A stretch of 64,000 nt of DNA from Chrysomallon squamiferum (GCA_012295275.1 CM022673.1:11346001-11410000); one strand, 5' to 3'. Numbered from the stretch's first letter, positions 12,613 through 26,023 are shown. A program made the numbers and translations. The notes: a model not told the origin generated them from the sequence alone.

Positions 12613-14132
12613 TTTTCCACAAGTTATTAAACTATATAAAATTATATCTGTTAAATACATTATACTTTAACCATTTTAGAATGAGCTAGTTACTATATTT
12701 TATTACCATTTGAAAAAATAAATTATTTTTTATTATATTTAAAGAAAATAACAATATTGACAAGATCACGTTTTAAACCAAAATATTTTCATAGTTAATT
12801 ATTTTTTTTAAGCTTATAACTAAAGATTAAGTGAAGAGTAATACCTAAAATCATATAGAAAAGAAGTAATTGCTACACGATATACAAATAATTTATAAAA
12901 CAAAACTTTAATAAATAAATCAACAAAACAAACCAAACAAATGCAACAAACAAATAAACAAATAAAATATGATAAATGAGTAACAATAAATATTTATTTC
13001 TGTAACAAAAACAATTTGCAAAAATCAACAATATATGATGAATAAACAAATAAAACATTCAAGAATTAATTATACGTACTGTTTTTAAAATTACATTACT
13101 ATTTCTTTTCCATCTTTATTTTAATTTTATTTTAATAATTTATATATAAATTTTTATTAAATATTTAACAAATAGCTGCCTTTGTTAGAAAAAAAAAACT
13201 AACAAATAGAATTTCTCCATTTTTTAAACAAACTAGATTTCATCCTGTTAAGTCCACTAAAACAACAAAATAAATTCCAAGATTTTGATCTCGATTAAAA
13301 AAATAATAAATAACAAAGCATAATCCACGGTTGTTTCAATTTGAAGGATTTTCCCTTCTTTCTTAAAGTGCAAACAAATAATAATAATAATAAAAAAATC
13401 ACTCTTCCAGAGAGTATAAAAATTAAGTAACAAAATAACGTCCAGAACATGATTTAAGCAGAAATTTTTTAGTCGCATCATAAATGTTTATTTTTAAAAA
13501 ATTATTTCATATTTTACATGTTAATAATAAATCGCTTGTGTTTTATTTGTCTTAAAACCCTTTTTTCTCTTTAATTCTTTTTTGTTCTTTTTTTGTTTTG
13601 TGTAAACACAAAATTATAATTTTTATCGAGATTATTTCTAATTTTGATTTTATTTTGTTAAACCATCCATTTCGTTGTAGTTATCAAAAAATTGCACTTT
13701 GAAACAGGTTTTTTTATAATTCTCCAAATAAACGGTGGATTTTAGGGGCAGATACTAAATTGACAACAACAAAAAATGACTCCATTGCAGACGCCTTTCA
13801 AGATGAAATCATTTTCATTATTTAAATAACTATCAGTCGGCAATAAACAGGAGGGGTACATGCCGGATGTCCCCCTTTCTATATGTGTGGGGAGAGTTAA
13901 AAGTCCACACCATAAATACCACTCCCTCTGTTTAACTTCATGGATCCGCCGTCTTCTTGTCATTATTGTTTGCACTTTAGGATGCTAATATTTCTATTAC
14001 CAGGATATTATTATTATTATTTTTATTTTCAGTTTGAAATTTTTTTTTTTTTTTTATAAATTAGAAGCCTATGAAATGATATTGTAATCTGGCGCTATTA
14101 GCATTGATGAAAACGTAAAACAGGATTTTATT

Positions 14133-14500
14133 TACAGAATCATGCTTTCAGGTCTAGGTCTATGATTTCATAACTCGAAACAGATTTTCAGACAGAACCG
14201 TGGTTTCTTTGATGGAATCATGATTTCGTAACTAGAAGTAACGATTTTACATTTAGAATCATGATCCTAAGTCTAAGATCACTATTTCAAAGCTAGAATC
14301 ATAATTTCGCAGCTATAATAAAGATGTGATGTTTAGAATCGTAAGTCCATGCCTAGAATTACGATTTGATATCTAGAATCATGATTCCAAAGCTAGAATC
14401 ACGATTATATGTCTAGAATTGTAATTCCATAACTTGAATCACGATCTGATGTCTAGAATCATGATTTTGTGCCTAGAACATGATGCATTATTTAGAGCAA
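14133..14500. repeat. Degenerate 20-bp minisatellite, about 18 copies, consensus near CTAGAATCATGATTTCAAAG
   Basis: tagaatc recurs at a 20-bp period (e.g. 14254, 14294, 14334, 14374, 14394, 14454); core AATCATGATT is palindromic. Confidence 0.85.
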
Positions 14501-14859
14501 TGATACATTAAGAGTAAAATAAATAAATAAAAAGCCGCACATTTCAACCAGCTACATTTCATTTTTGCAACAATAAAGAATGGTAGCGATAATAAAACTT
14601 ACTATCCACACAAGTAATGTTAAAATACAACAAGTAATCAAACTTGAGACATTTTACATTTTAATACCCATGATATGTAAATGCAGATGTAAAAGTTTAA
14701 CTGTAACAGATCGGTATGTCCAATGTTTAAAAAAGTAACTGCAAAGATGACACTGAGATTGAAATGTAATGCACACCGATGATGATTCAGAATAAAAATG
14801 CAAAAGACTAACCGAAACCGATGTATTTTAAATCATAAATAATTAAATTAATAATAATC

Positions 14860-14927
<68 letters not shown>

Positions 14928-14958
14928 CATGATAATAATAATAATAATAATAATAATG

Positions 14959-15011
<53 letters not shown>

Positions 15012-15147
15012 AATATTGTTAGCATAATGGTTCATAATAAAATAAAATAAAATAAAATAAAATACTGCATACAAAATCTTTAAATAATTTTATGATCACG
15101 AAGGCCAAATTTCATCAACTGTTCTTCTCAAAACTGAACTTGGACAC

Positions 15148-15225
15148 TGACCAGGACCGGAGTCCGGGGATTCTGACGAGGACCGGAGCCTGGGGACTAT
15201 GACGAGGACCGGAGTCCGGGGACCC
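15148..15225. repeat. GC-rich 26-bp tandem repeat, 3 copies (TGACGAGGACCGGAGTCCGGGGA...)
   Basis: Copies at 15148-15173, 15174-15199 and 15200-15225. Confidence 0.9.
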
Positions 15226-16171
15226 TAACCAGAGCGAAAACCCGTGGGCCGTGACATTTACCGTAATATTCCTAAAACCACCACGGACCCCAGTGTCTTC
15301 TAGATAGTCCATGACGGGTAATCACTGCTAGACTCAGATATTCTGTTGAAGCTTTATAACAAGTGATGGTTGAGCAACTGTACGGACACTTTTCTTGTTG
15401 TGTGTTAACGATATTGAATAATATTCTACTGTTGATCAAACTAATCAGTAATAATGACTCGTTAATTATTCGAATGTTTTTTTATATTGGTCCCCGTAAT
15501 TTCAGTCACTACTTCAGAATGAACTGTATGAGCTCAAGTAAATTTTTACCCTGGTATATTTTTCTCTCTCTTTCTGCAGTTTAATGATATGTTAAACATG
15601 ATTGCCTAATTCTACAATATGTTCATAACAAAAAACAAAATGTTCATCTAAATCTAAGGTAATGTAACAACAACAGAGTGGCCTGCATTCTGTTACCGAT
15701 AAAGTAAAGATGATCAGGTTAAAACATTTAAAGGAATTATAATCTGTGGTTGTTTGGAACCATAGTAACAGACTCCACCAAGGGTCAAATGATTTGTTGA
15801 CCAATATCTTTATTTTTAATTTAATTTTTAAATTTTTTTATCATTATTTTTTTTTTAAATCGTGGTTCAATCAAATTAAAAATAAAATTTCCTGTGGCTT
15901 AAAGACAAGGCTGATTCTTATTTTTCAGTTTCTTTTTTTAAAATTACGTTCTTATTTGTAGCTTTCTTGTGGCAATCTTTTCTTTTTCTTTCTTTCTTCT
16001 TTTCATTTTCTCAAATGCTTTTTTTACAAATTATTTTGTCTTTAATTACGTTCATCATGCTACTTTTGTTTTAGCGAGCCTATTGAATATGGCGCCAAAA
16101 ATCACGAACTCATTCACTCGTCGATTTACGTAATCATCCTATTATGACGTCAGAACGCGAATGCGTTGCTT

Positions 16172-16268
16172 CTAGCGACTGCAGCAGGAGCTAGATCTCT
16201 TTTCTGAGATGTCCTGCAACTGCATGCCAACAGTTTTCACTTCCAGATCTTCGTTGGTACGTAACAAC
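16172..16268 (-). CDS. RASEF: RASEF last coding exon (...[10 protein letters not shown])
   Basis: ttgcag|G ... TAG; CCxx geranylgeranylation motif. Confidence 0.93.
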
Positions 16269-17557
16269 CTGCAAGAAAATAACCCAGACAAGAAATCAGA
16301 AAAGCTAAGAATACTGATTGTATTATACTGGTTGTTGTCACTGTACTGGTAGTTGAAGTAGTGGTAGTATTAGTATCAGTAGTTTGTGCTGTTATTGAAG
16401 TAGCAGTAGTGGTAGAGGTAGTAGTAGGAGTAGAAGGAGGAGTAGCAGAAGCAGAATACTAGTAATTGTAATAATATATAAATTCTGTCTCTCTTACCTC
16501 GTAAGCTCAATAACACATTCCAGAATGTTTGTTCCGTCCTTAGCACTGGTTTCAATGAACAGACCTTCAAACTCCTGAAATAAACGATATTTATAGATAT
16601 TAATATATGTATTCTGTATGTATATATATCTCTCTCTATCCATATTTTTGTATGTGTTTCTATGAGGAGAAAAGAGAGAGAGAACGAAAGAAAGTTGGAT
16701 GAACGGATAGAACAATGGTTTAATAGATGGTAGGATAGATTGGTAGATAGGTAAACAGACACACAGGGTATATAATTGTGTTCATATATAATTATTTTGC
16801 AGTAATTGTCTAAAGTAGCTGACGATTTTAAACGTTTGTTATGGTACATTAAAATTAAGCGATTATAGAACGGATTCGTTTTGGCATTAGTTTCAACAAA
16901 ATAAAAGGCAGGAAAAATGAACGAAGTATACAGAGAAAAAAAAGAAGAGAAGAAAAGAGAGAGAGAAACGAAAGAAAGTTGGATGAACGGATAGAACAAT
17001 GGTTTAATAGATGGTAGGATAGATTGGTAGATAGGTAAACAGACACACATACACATAGAAAAACAGACAAATATATAAACAGTGTGTATATGAGTGCATG
17101 TGCGTGCGTGTGTGTTTTACAGTTGAGATAATATATGCATTATGTGACCAGTCATAACTAAACAAGTCTGACGGTTACGTGACAAAATAACACTTACATT
17201 TACAACTAAACAAGTCTGAAAAGTGTTACGTTTATAAAATAACTGCTCTACATTTGACGACAGTTAACGTTTTAAAAACTGAACTCAATGCTAGTCTCTT
17301 CCGTCCGATAATAACCACGCGTCTGCCTTTCCATCTCGTGACAGTTAATTTTTTAAAACTGAACTCACCCTGGGTATTCTCTGTCCGTCCTGAATAAATA
17401 AATAAATAAAATAAATAAATAAATACATAAATGTTCCATAAATAAATAAATAAGTAAATAAATAAATAAATAAATTTTAAATAAATAAATAAATAAATAA
17501 ATACATAAATAAATAAATACATAAATAAATAAATACATAAATAAATAAATAAATAAG

Positions 17558-17604
<47 letters not shown>

Positions 17605-18277
17605 ATACATAAATAAATAAATAAATAAACACACAGGTTGTAAAACCAAATGTTGCAAATACGTAATTCAATTAATTCTAAAGAAACAAAACACACAGCT
17701 TGTAAAATATATGTCTGAATTAATGAATCAGGAACAAAATTATTTTAATTAAAAACACGAATGGCGTTAGTGCGTTCGTTTGTCGTTCGTTACTACTGTT
17801 GGGTTTTTATTGTGTGTATTTAAATGAAGTTATTGTTTTGTGTGATTTATAAACTGATTTTTACCTCGATAGCCTCGACCCAGTCGCGGATGTTGAGAAA
17901 TGAACGTTCGTACGTCACGTCGTACAGGCACAAGACACCGTCCGCACGCCGGAAGTAGGATTTGGCAATGCTTCGGAATCTGTTTAATTAATTAATTAAT
18001 AAAGATTTACAATTAGTACCGAAAATTCTTCTCTCCCGAAAAATAAAATAAAATAAAATAAAATAAAATAAAATAAAATAAAATAAAATAAAATAAAATA
18101 AATAAATAAATAAATAAATAACAGTAATAAAAATTAATTCATTCATAATTATATAGTGATAATAATTATAGTTTATTTTATAACAAATAAATAAATAAAT
18201 TAATTAATTAATTAATAACTGTAATAAAAATAAATTGATTAATAATTATAAAATAATAGTAATTATAACTTATTTTA

Positions 18278-18334
<57 letters not shown>

Positions 18335-20809
18335 ATACAACAAAAACAAACTTCAAATTATACCATAAACGTATAAAATAAATCGTGATTTCTTTGGTTC
18401 TTTCATTTATTGATTCTTTTTTCCTTTCTTTCATTTATTCATTCGTTCATTCGTTCGTTCACTTATTCCTCCTACCTTTCCTGACCAGCAGTGTCCCAAA
18501 GCTGCAGAGCAACTATTCTTCCATCAACTTCTATAACCTTAGTCTGAAAGTCAACACCTGAAACCAAAACAAAACACAGGTAAACCTAACATCCTTCATG
18601 AATAACTGTTTTTATTAAAATGCGAAATATAGCGATATTTATTCCCCTTTATTCCTTTCTATACTGTTTGTTTTTTTTTTTTTTTTTTTTTTTTTTTTAT
18701 TATTCTATTTCATTTTAGTATAATTTAGTTTTATTTGTTGGATGTTTTTGATTTTATTTAATAAGCTTCATCGTCATCATTAAAATGAAATCCGTGTAAG
18801 TTTGGTTCATATATAAAACTATTTTTTGAAATTTTGTTCTTATTATTGTTGTTGTTGTTGTTGTTGTTAGTTTTATTGTTATTATTATTATTAATATTAT
18901 TACTATTATTATTATTGTTAATGTTACTCCTGTTATTATTATTGTTGTTGCTATTATTATAAATTTCATTATTGCTGTTATTGTTACTATTACTACCATA
19001 ACTACTACAACTACCACTATTAATACTACAACTACCACTACTACTGTTACAACTACTACTACTACTAACCTAACGTTGAGCTGAGGTTGTTGACAAATTT
19101 TCCTTTACACAACCTCATGATGAGACTTGATTTGCCGACAGCAGCATCACCGGCCAGGACGACCTTGTACATACGTTCTGGTTCTCGGTTTATTCTTGTA
19201 CTCAGCTGCTACAATACGCCAAGAAGAAGACAAACAAAAACGTAAATAAATGCTTAGTTTTGAAGACTAGCGTACCTAAGACGTAATTACAAAGCAATGC
19301 TATTTTCTGATGGACAACTGGTACAATTGTCCATCAGATGTTACTTCATAAATGATATGTTCTGAAGTCTAGAGCAATATTTAGAAAGGAATATTATAAT
19401 TTAACGCTCATTTATGATATCTGAACACGAATTTATAGACGATATTATAAAAAAAAAATCTTAAGTTCAGATCTGGTTTTCTAGACAAAAAATTAACAAA
19501 ATGAAATTAAAATCAAATTCCAGAAAGGATAATTTTGTCTATAAATTCCCAAGTTAAGTTATGGACATAAAGTAAGGATTAGTAGTCTAAAGTTAATATC
19601 TTTATATCTATCTACCTCTGTTACTGAAAACATCAGAATAAAGAAACATCTAACAAATAAAAAATATGAAACAAACGAAAAGAAATGAAGAAGGAAAGAA
19701 AAATGAAATAAGAAATCTGAAAAGAAGAAGAGAAGAGAAAATAGAACTAGAAAAAAAGTTTTCATTTAAAGAATATAATTTCAAGATCATTAACTTTTTT
19801 TTGAAAGAAACAAAAAGGAGAGAAAGAAAGACGGATCATATTAATTTATTATTAAACTCTGAATGTTTCTTGAATCTTCAGTAACGTTTTCTTTCCCAAT
19901 ACTTCCGAAATTGAGTAACCTCGAAATTACCTCCTGCGGTGATGTCGCAAGTTGGCGACGCAGTGACTTCCGGCCGAGTTTAGGAGATCTGCTGCCGTCT
20001 CGCGGAAGAGATCGGAGACTACCACGTGATCCTTTGCTTCCGACAGATCCAAGTTTTTTCGTCTGCACTGCTTTGAACAGTTCCCCGTCCGTCATTTCTT
20101 CATTGTCCGTGTCCATCTCGTCATGTGACTCGTATTCCTGTGCACAGCAACATAGACTTAGTGTTACGTGTTGCCCCTATATGCGGGAATGTATGTGCAC
20201 GTGTATCTGTATATCTGTATATGTGTGTGTGTATATGTGCAAGTATGGGTGTTTGAAACATGAATATCTAGGTGTGTATTATGCCTTTGTAGTGTGTAGG
20301 TATGTACGATATGCACACGAAAATATATGTAAAGCTGTGTAGTGTGTGAATGCATATATAAATAGATCTAATTGTTAAAAGGATATGTAACGTTTTTTTT
20401 TTTTTTTTTTAAAGTTTTGATTATGCCGCAAAAAAAGTGTTAAGTGAGAAATCACTAATTACCTAACTAATTATATAACTTGCTAACTAGCTAACTAACT
20501 AACCAACTAACCATCTAAGTAAATAAACAGCTGCTTACCTCCCCTTCTGCGACGTATCCAGGCCTCAGTTTTTTGTGACGCCTTCGAGTTCTCCCCTCGC
20601 AGCTGACGCTGGTACATTCCGACTCCGTGTCCATCTCGTTGAAGTCTCTCATAGTCGAGTGTCCGCTGTCTGCGAGCAAAATGTAAACAATATTTAAGAA
20701 GGAAATAAATTTCTGATGTTTACTGGCTCATCAAGGACGTGAATTATTCATTTGTCCATCATTTAATATATCTTCCGAAGTCCGCCACTCTGTCTGTCTA
20801 TATTTGTCC

Positions 20810-20840
<31 letters not shown>

Positions 20841-21185
20841 CATCTGTCTATCTGTCTGTCGGTCTATCTATCCATCTGTCTGTCCATCTGTCTGTCTTTC
20901 TGTCTATCAGTATCTCTACCTATCCATCTCTCTCTCTTTCTCAATCTATATATTAACTGTCTGTCTGTCTCTCTGTCTATCACATAAAAAATACGAAATG
21001 ACAGCCTCTATCAATCGTTATTATTAGCAAAGATAAGTAAGAAATAAGAGTAGAGACACGAGTTAGTCATTTTGACTATTTGTGTAAAGTCACATTGTAA
21101 ATCTAATAAAGGTTTTTAAACTCTATTTAAAGTGTATTTTGCGTGATGTATACTATTGTCCTAAATTCAGTTCGTAAGCTTCCAA

Positions 21186-21250
<65 letters not shown>

Positions 21251-21942
21251 CCTTTTCCAGTAATAAAATATTTGTTTTCAACAAAATGACATGGTTCTGA
21301 ATGCAGTCTTTATGAATTCACTGACTTTATTACATTACTGTCACAAGTTATTGTTATAAAATATTAATCACCTTCTTATCAAAATAACAACTCAGAAGGA
21401 TAAATTTAAGCACTTTACATGAAAGAAATATTTTACGAATTAACACATCTAATATAACTATTATTATTACGAAATTATTAGTCATCTTCATACGAAGTAA
21501 ATAACTTGGAAGCATACAATTTAGGCACGCATTACGAAAGAAATTTCTGTAGGAGAATTCAGGTATCTAATATATATAGCTATAGTTTACGTAGAAAGTG
21601 ATAGTACTTTGCATACCCATATCTTCTGGCTCCTCTAGGCGCTGTTTCTGAAGGAGCACGTTACGTTGTATGAGCTCGTGTTCGCTCTCCAGCCCTCCAG
21701 CTCCTCCGCCAGGGTCGACCCGTTACTCATTTCGGAGGCCTGACGCGTCATGGGTCTCCTGTAAGACAACTGGGTTTGTTATTGTGAACTGGCTGGAAGT
21801 TATCCTTCAGTCTGTTAGTACACTGCTACGAAACAACATCGTGTGTGAGTGCCGTTAATTTGGTAGAACTTATAACTATGAGGAATTTATTTACTTATTT
21901 ATTTTTGTATTGTTGTTATGATTATTATGATTTATTGGTTGA

Positions 21943-21994
<52 letters not shown>

Positions 21995-22128
21995 GGTTGA
22001 TTTTTATTATTATTATTTTATTTTATTTTATTTTATTTTTATTTTTTTTCGGGGATAGAAGCATTTTCAGTAATAATTGTAACTCTTTATTATTGTTATT
22101 ATTAATCAATTTAACAGATTCCGATTTG

Positions 22129-22163
<35 letters not shown>

Positions 22164-23007
22164 TTTTAAACTTTTTTTTTTTTTTCTGTAGTTTTGAACG
22201 TGTACGTAGGCCACTAAAAATTAACAAAGAATTTTGACATATCTTTTTGTACATTAACTAAACTATTCTATGCGGCATTATTTCTGTATCACTAAAAGTC
22301 AAATATATTCTTTTTTTCGTTCTTCATTTCTCCAAAATCCCAACCTTACCTTTCTACCAGACTCTTAATGCAATCAGAATACACCTAACAACAGTCAACA
22401 AAACAGAGGGGAAAGTTTTAAAGTGAGCACAAAAATACATTTACAGATACGAGTTATCTTAGAAGAATTAACGACTCAGTAATGTATCTTGCCTGCCGTT
22501 GTGAATGTTGGTGTCAATGTAGTCGCTCATTACTGAGCCTTTCCGGCGACTTCTGGGGGAGTGGCCGCTGTGTCCACTGGCAACAGACTGAAAATATTTT
22601 TAAAAAAGAGGTTGAATAATTTTGTCGTAAAGTTTATAAATGATGATGTGTATAAAGGGATTTTATTTGAATGTAATCAATGTGTGTGAATTCATGATCA
22701 TGGTTCATTGTTAATAATAATAATAATAATAATAATAATGATAATAATAAGAAGAAGAAGAAGAAGAAGAGGAGAACGGGAAATAATAACGCTGTAAATG
22801 AATATGTATACAAAGTTATATTTACACTTAAATAAAATACGTACATACACACGTACGTACATACATAGATAGGACAAGAGTGTAAGAGATAGACAGGCTT
22901 AGACAGATAGATGGATCAATAGATAGATACACAGACAGACCGACAGACAGACAGTCACAGAGAGAGATAGAGATCGACATGCAGGTATATAGCAGGCATG
23001 TAGATAA

Positions 23008-23064
<57 letters not shown>

Positions 23065-25879
23065 TAGATTACATAAATTAGGTGGGTAGATGTGTACATC
23101 AGTAGGCAGAGATATATAGACAGATAATGTTTATAATGATACACAAGAACGCATACAAGTACGCAACCACGCACGCACGCATACAGACACACAGTATATA
23201 TATATATATATATATATTAAATGTAAGTGGCACGTACATCTGTAGATAACTGTCGTTTATGACACACTGTGTGGTTGTTTAATGCTTCACGCAAATCGTC
23301 ATTGGTGTCATGCAGTTTCTTGTTAGCATCACTGGAAATAAAATTCAATACTCACATGATAAACCCGCGTCTACTTTGATGAGGTGAATTAATTTAAATA
23401 TAATATTTATAGCCAAACACGGGTAAAATGCACTGCAAAACATTTAATGGTATTAAGAATTATCCACTGAAAGAAATGATATCGATGAAGAAAAGAGAAA
23501 CAAATTAAATGTAGCGACAAAACATTCTCGGTCTTTCTGCACTTATGAATCTACAAATTATGAAAGATGATGATAATAACAAATTAAAAAATAAATATGA
23601 AAACAACAAAGTATCTAAAAAAGTATAGAATATGAGCGGTCACATTCATAACATGTACAAAATGCATATAGTGCATCTCAAATTTAATTCTGGTGAGCAC
23701 ATTTCAGACACTTTATACATATGTTGTAAGATGTTGGTTACTTACTGCAAAAGATGAAGCTGTTTGGTAAGATTGTCAAGTTCCCGGATGTAATCCATCT
23801 CCGTGACCTTTACTCTGTAATATTAGTAATAACAACAATAATAATAAGAACAAGAACAAGAACAAGAACAAGAAGCGTGTGTGTGCAAAAGAAGAATTAG
23901 AAGTAGCTATACATTTGGAAATTAAGAACAATCTGTATCTGCAATACCCATGAAATAATTATCACAATCCTGGATAAAAAAATGTGTACTTACAGTTCGA
24001 GTTCCCTGCATTTCTCGTTATAATTCTGTTTAATGGCCGCCAGTTCGCTTCTCACTAAGGCCAAGTTTGTCTGTGTGTCTGTCAGTTCACTTCTCAGCTG
24101 ACGGTTTTCGTACTGGATGTCTTCCAATCGTTTTTTCAATTCAAGAATCTGCTCTTCAGCCTCTTTTCCAAACTTATCCAGGCCTTCCTGTAAAGTTAAA
24201 CATGTCATAAGAAAACAAAAATGGCAGCGTCCATGCTTCTGACAGAAACGATACCTTTTCAGCTCGTCGATGATAAAGAAGAGAAAGTAAATCTTTGCAA
24301 TGCTGTTATCAGTCTGTCAAGTTTGTTTGACCTTACTGTGTACGACGTGACGTAACATTTAACAGCGAATGCGTTATTGATGAATGACAGTATGAAAAAT
24401 TAAATTGAAATATAGAATAACCAATAAATGAAAGTAAAATCACGGTCCAAAACTTTCTCGCTTTTGTTTTTTTTTTTTTACTATTTCTTCATGACAGTTA
24501 TTATTATTATTATTAATTATTATTATTATTAATAATTATTAATGTTGTTGTTGTTGTTCAACACATATACTCACGTTTTGCATCCTTTTAAGGTTCGTCT
24601 GGAGAGTCATAATTTCATTCTCAAGTTGTTTTCGAAGTTCTGACATTTCAAGTTCTTTTTTCTCTTGTTCCTAGAAATAAAACACAAATATTAATTCAGG
24701 CACGAAACCACGAGGAATATGTATCACCATTGTACACTGATACACTTTTGTTTTACAATGAGTGACAGCATCTTGCTGAATATGTGAGTGGATTTTCTAG
24801 AAGATTCAGAAACGTTTAACTTTATAAAACTCCGGCTTCTAATTTCTCCGTAAATAAATAATTTTAAAAAAATCTGATTTCCATTGTAACCATTTGATAT
24901 TACTTCAGACTGGTAATTTAATTATAAAAACGTGTTTATTTGTGTAATGATAGTACAAGCCAGGATGTGTACTGAATCCTGAATGTTTTTGCTGATTAGC
25001 AGCTTATATATGTATCATGAACTATTATTTTAACGATTAGCAAAAATATTTTTGTGTATGTATCATGAATTATTATTTTCGACTGCCTACCAGAATCTTT
25101 TATACGTATCATGAACTAATATTTTCAGTTAGCAACAAGGATCTTTTATATGCATTTTCCAAATAATAATAATAATAATCATGTTTTATAAATCTTTAAA
25201 TCAGAGACGTAAATCATGATGATTTTGTAATTATCAATAAACAATATTACAGGTAACAGTGTAAAATTATTCTTGATTCTGTTAGATATAAAAATACGAC
25301 CTTGTTTATTAGAATGATTATTTCATTAATTATATATTTTAACATTTTAGATTAACTGAGTAATGACGTTTACTTTTTTATTTTTTTTATTATTTTTTTT
25401 TTTTTATTGAATATAGAAATTAACATTGAGGCAACGTTTCTACAATTAAATTTCTGTTGATATGTATAACGTCAAATTTTCAGAAACAGTGCTTCATTTG
25501 TTAATAGTAAACAATCTGACAGATGTTTTGAAGCAAATAAGCTAATTAATTATTAAAGTGATACGTTAATTCATTCAATAAACAACTGTAACTGTTGATT
25601 TCATGCTTATGTTAATAGCTGTCACGCTGGTATGGAAGTGTTGCTTTCTTCGTTTTTAATTGTTTTCTTTCCTTTTTTCTGTCTTCTTCTTTTTCTTTGT
25701 TATTTAGTTTTATTTCTTTAATTATTATTCGATTTTTTATTTATTTGTTGTTCTTGTTTTGTTTTTAATTGGTTTTTTTTTAATTTTGATTGTTGTATTT
25801 CCGGGGTTTGTTAGGTTGCATTATTGTTTTTTATGTTGTTTTTTTATGTGTATGTGCTGCATTACCTGCTAAAATATAA

Positions 25880-25930
<51 letters not shown>

Positions 25931-25990
25931 TAAAAAAAAACCCCTTATTCTGAAAAGTTGATCTTAAACACTTTACGTCAGAATTTTTAA

Positions 25991-26023
<33 letters not shown>

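Noticed and set aside
14133-14500. CRISPR-like regularly spaced palindromic repeats
   Set aside because: The period is only 20 bp, there are no unique spacers of 30-40 bp, no cas genes, and the context is eukaryotic.
19863-20342. 159-aa plus-strand ORF (also 41510-42001, 29271-29501 and 21670-21858)
   Set aside because: Antisense shadows of real RASEF exons extended into microsatellite.
17911-24354. Perfect 16-nt inverted match between a Rab exon (17911-17926) and an intron (24339-24354)
   Set aside because: About one such match is expected by chance in a 64-kb self-comparison, and it does not extend.
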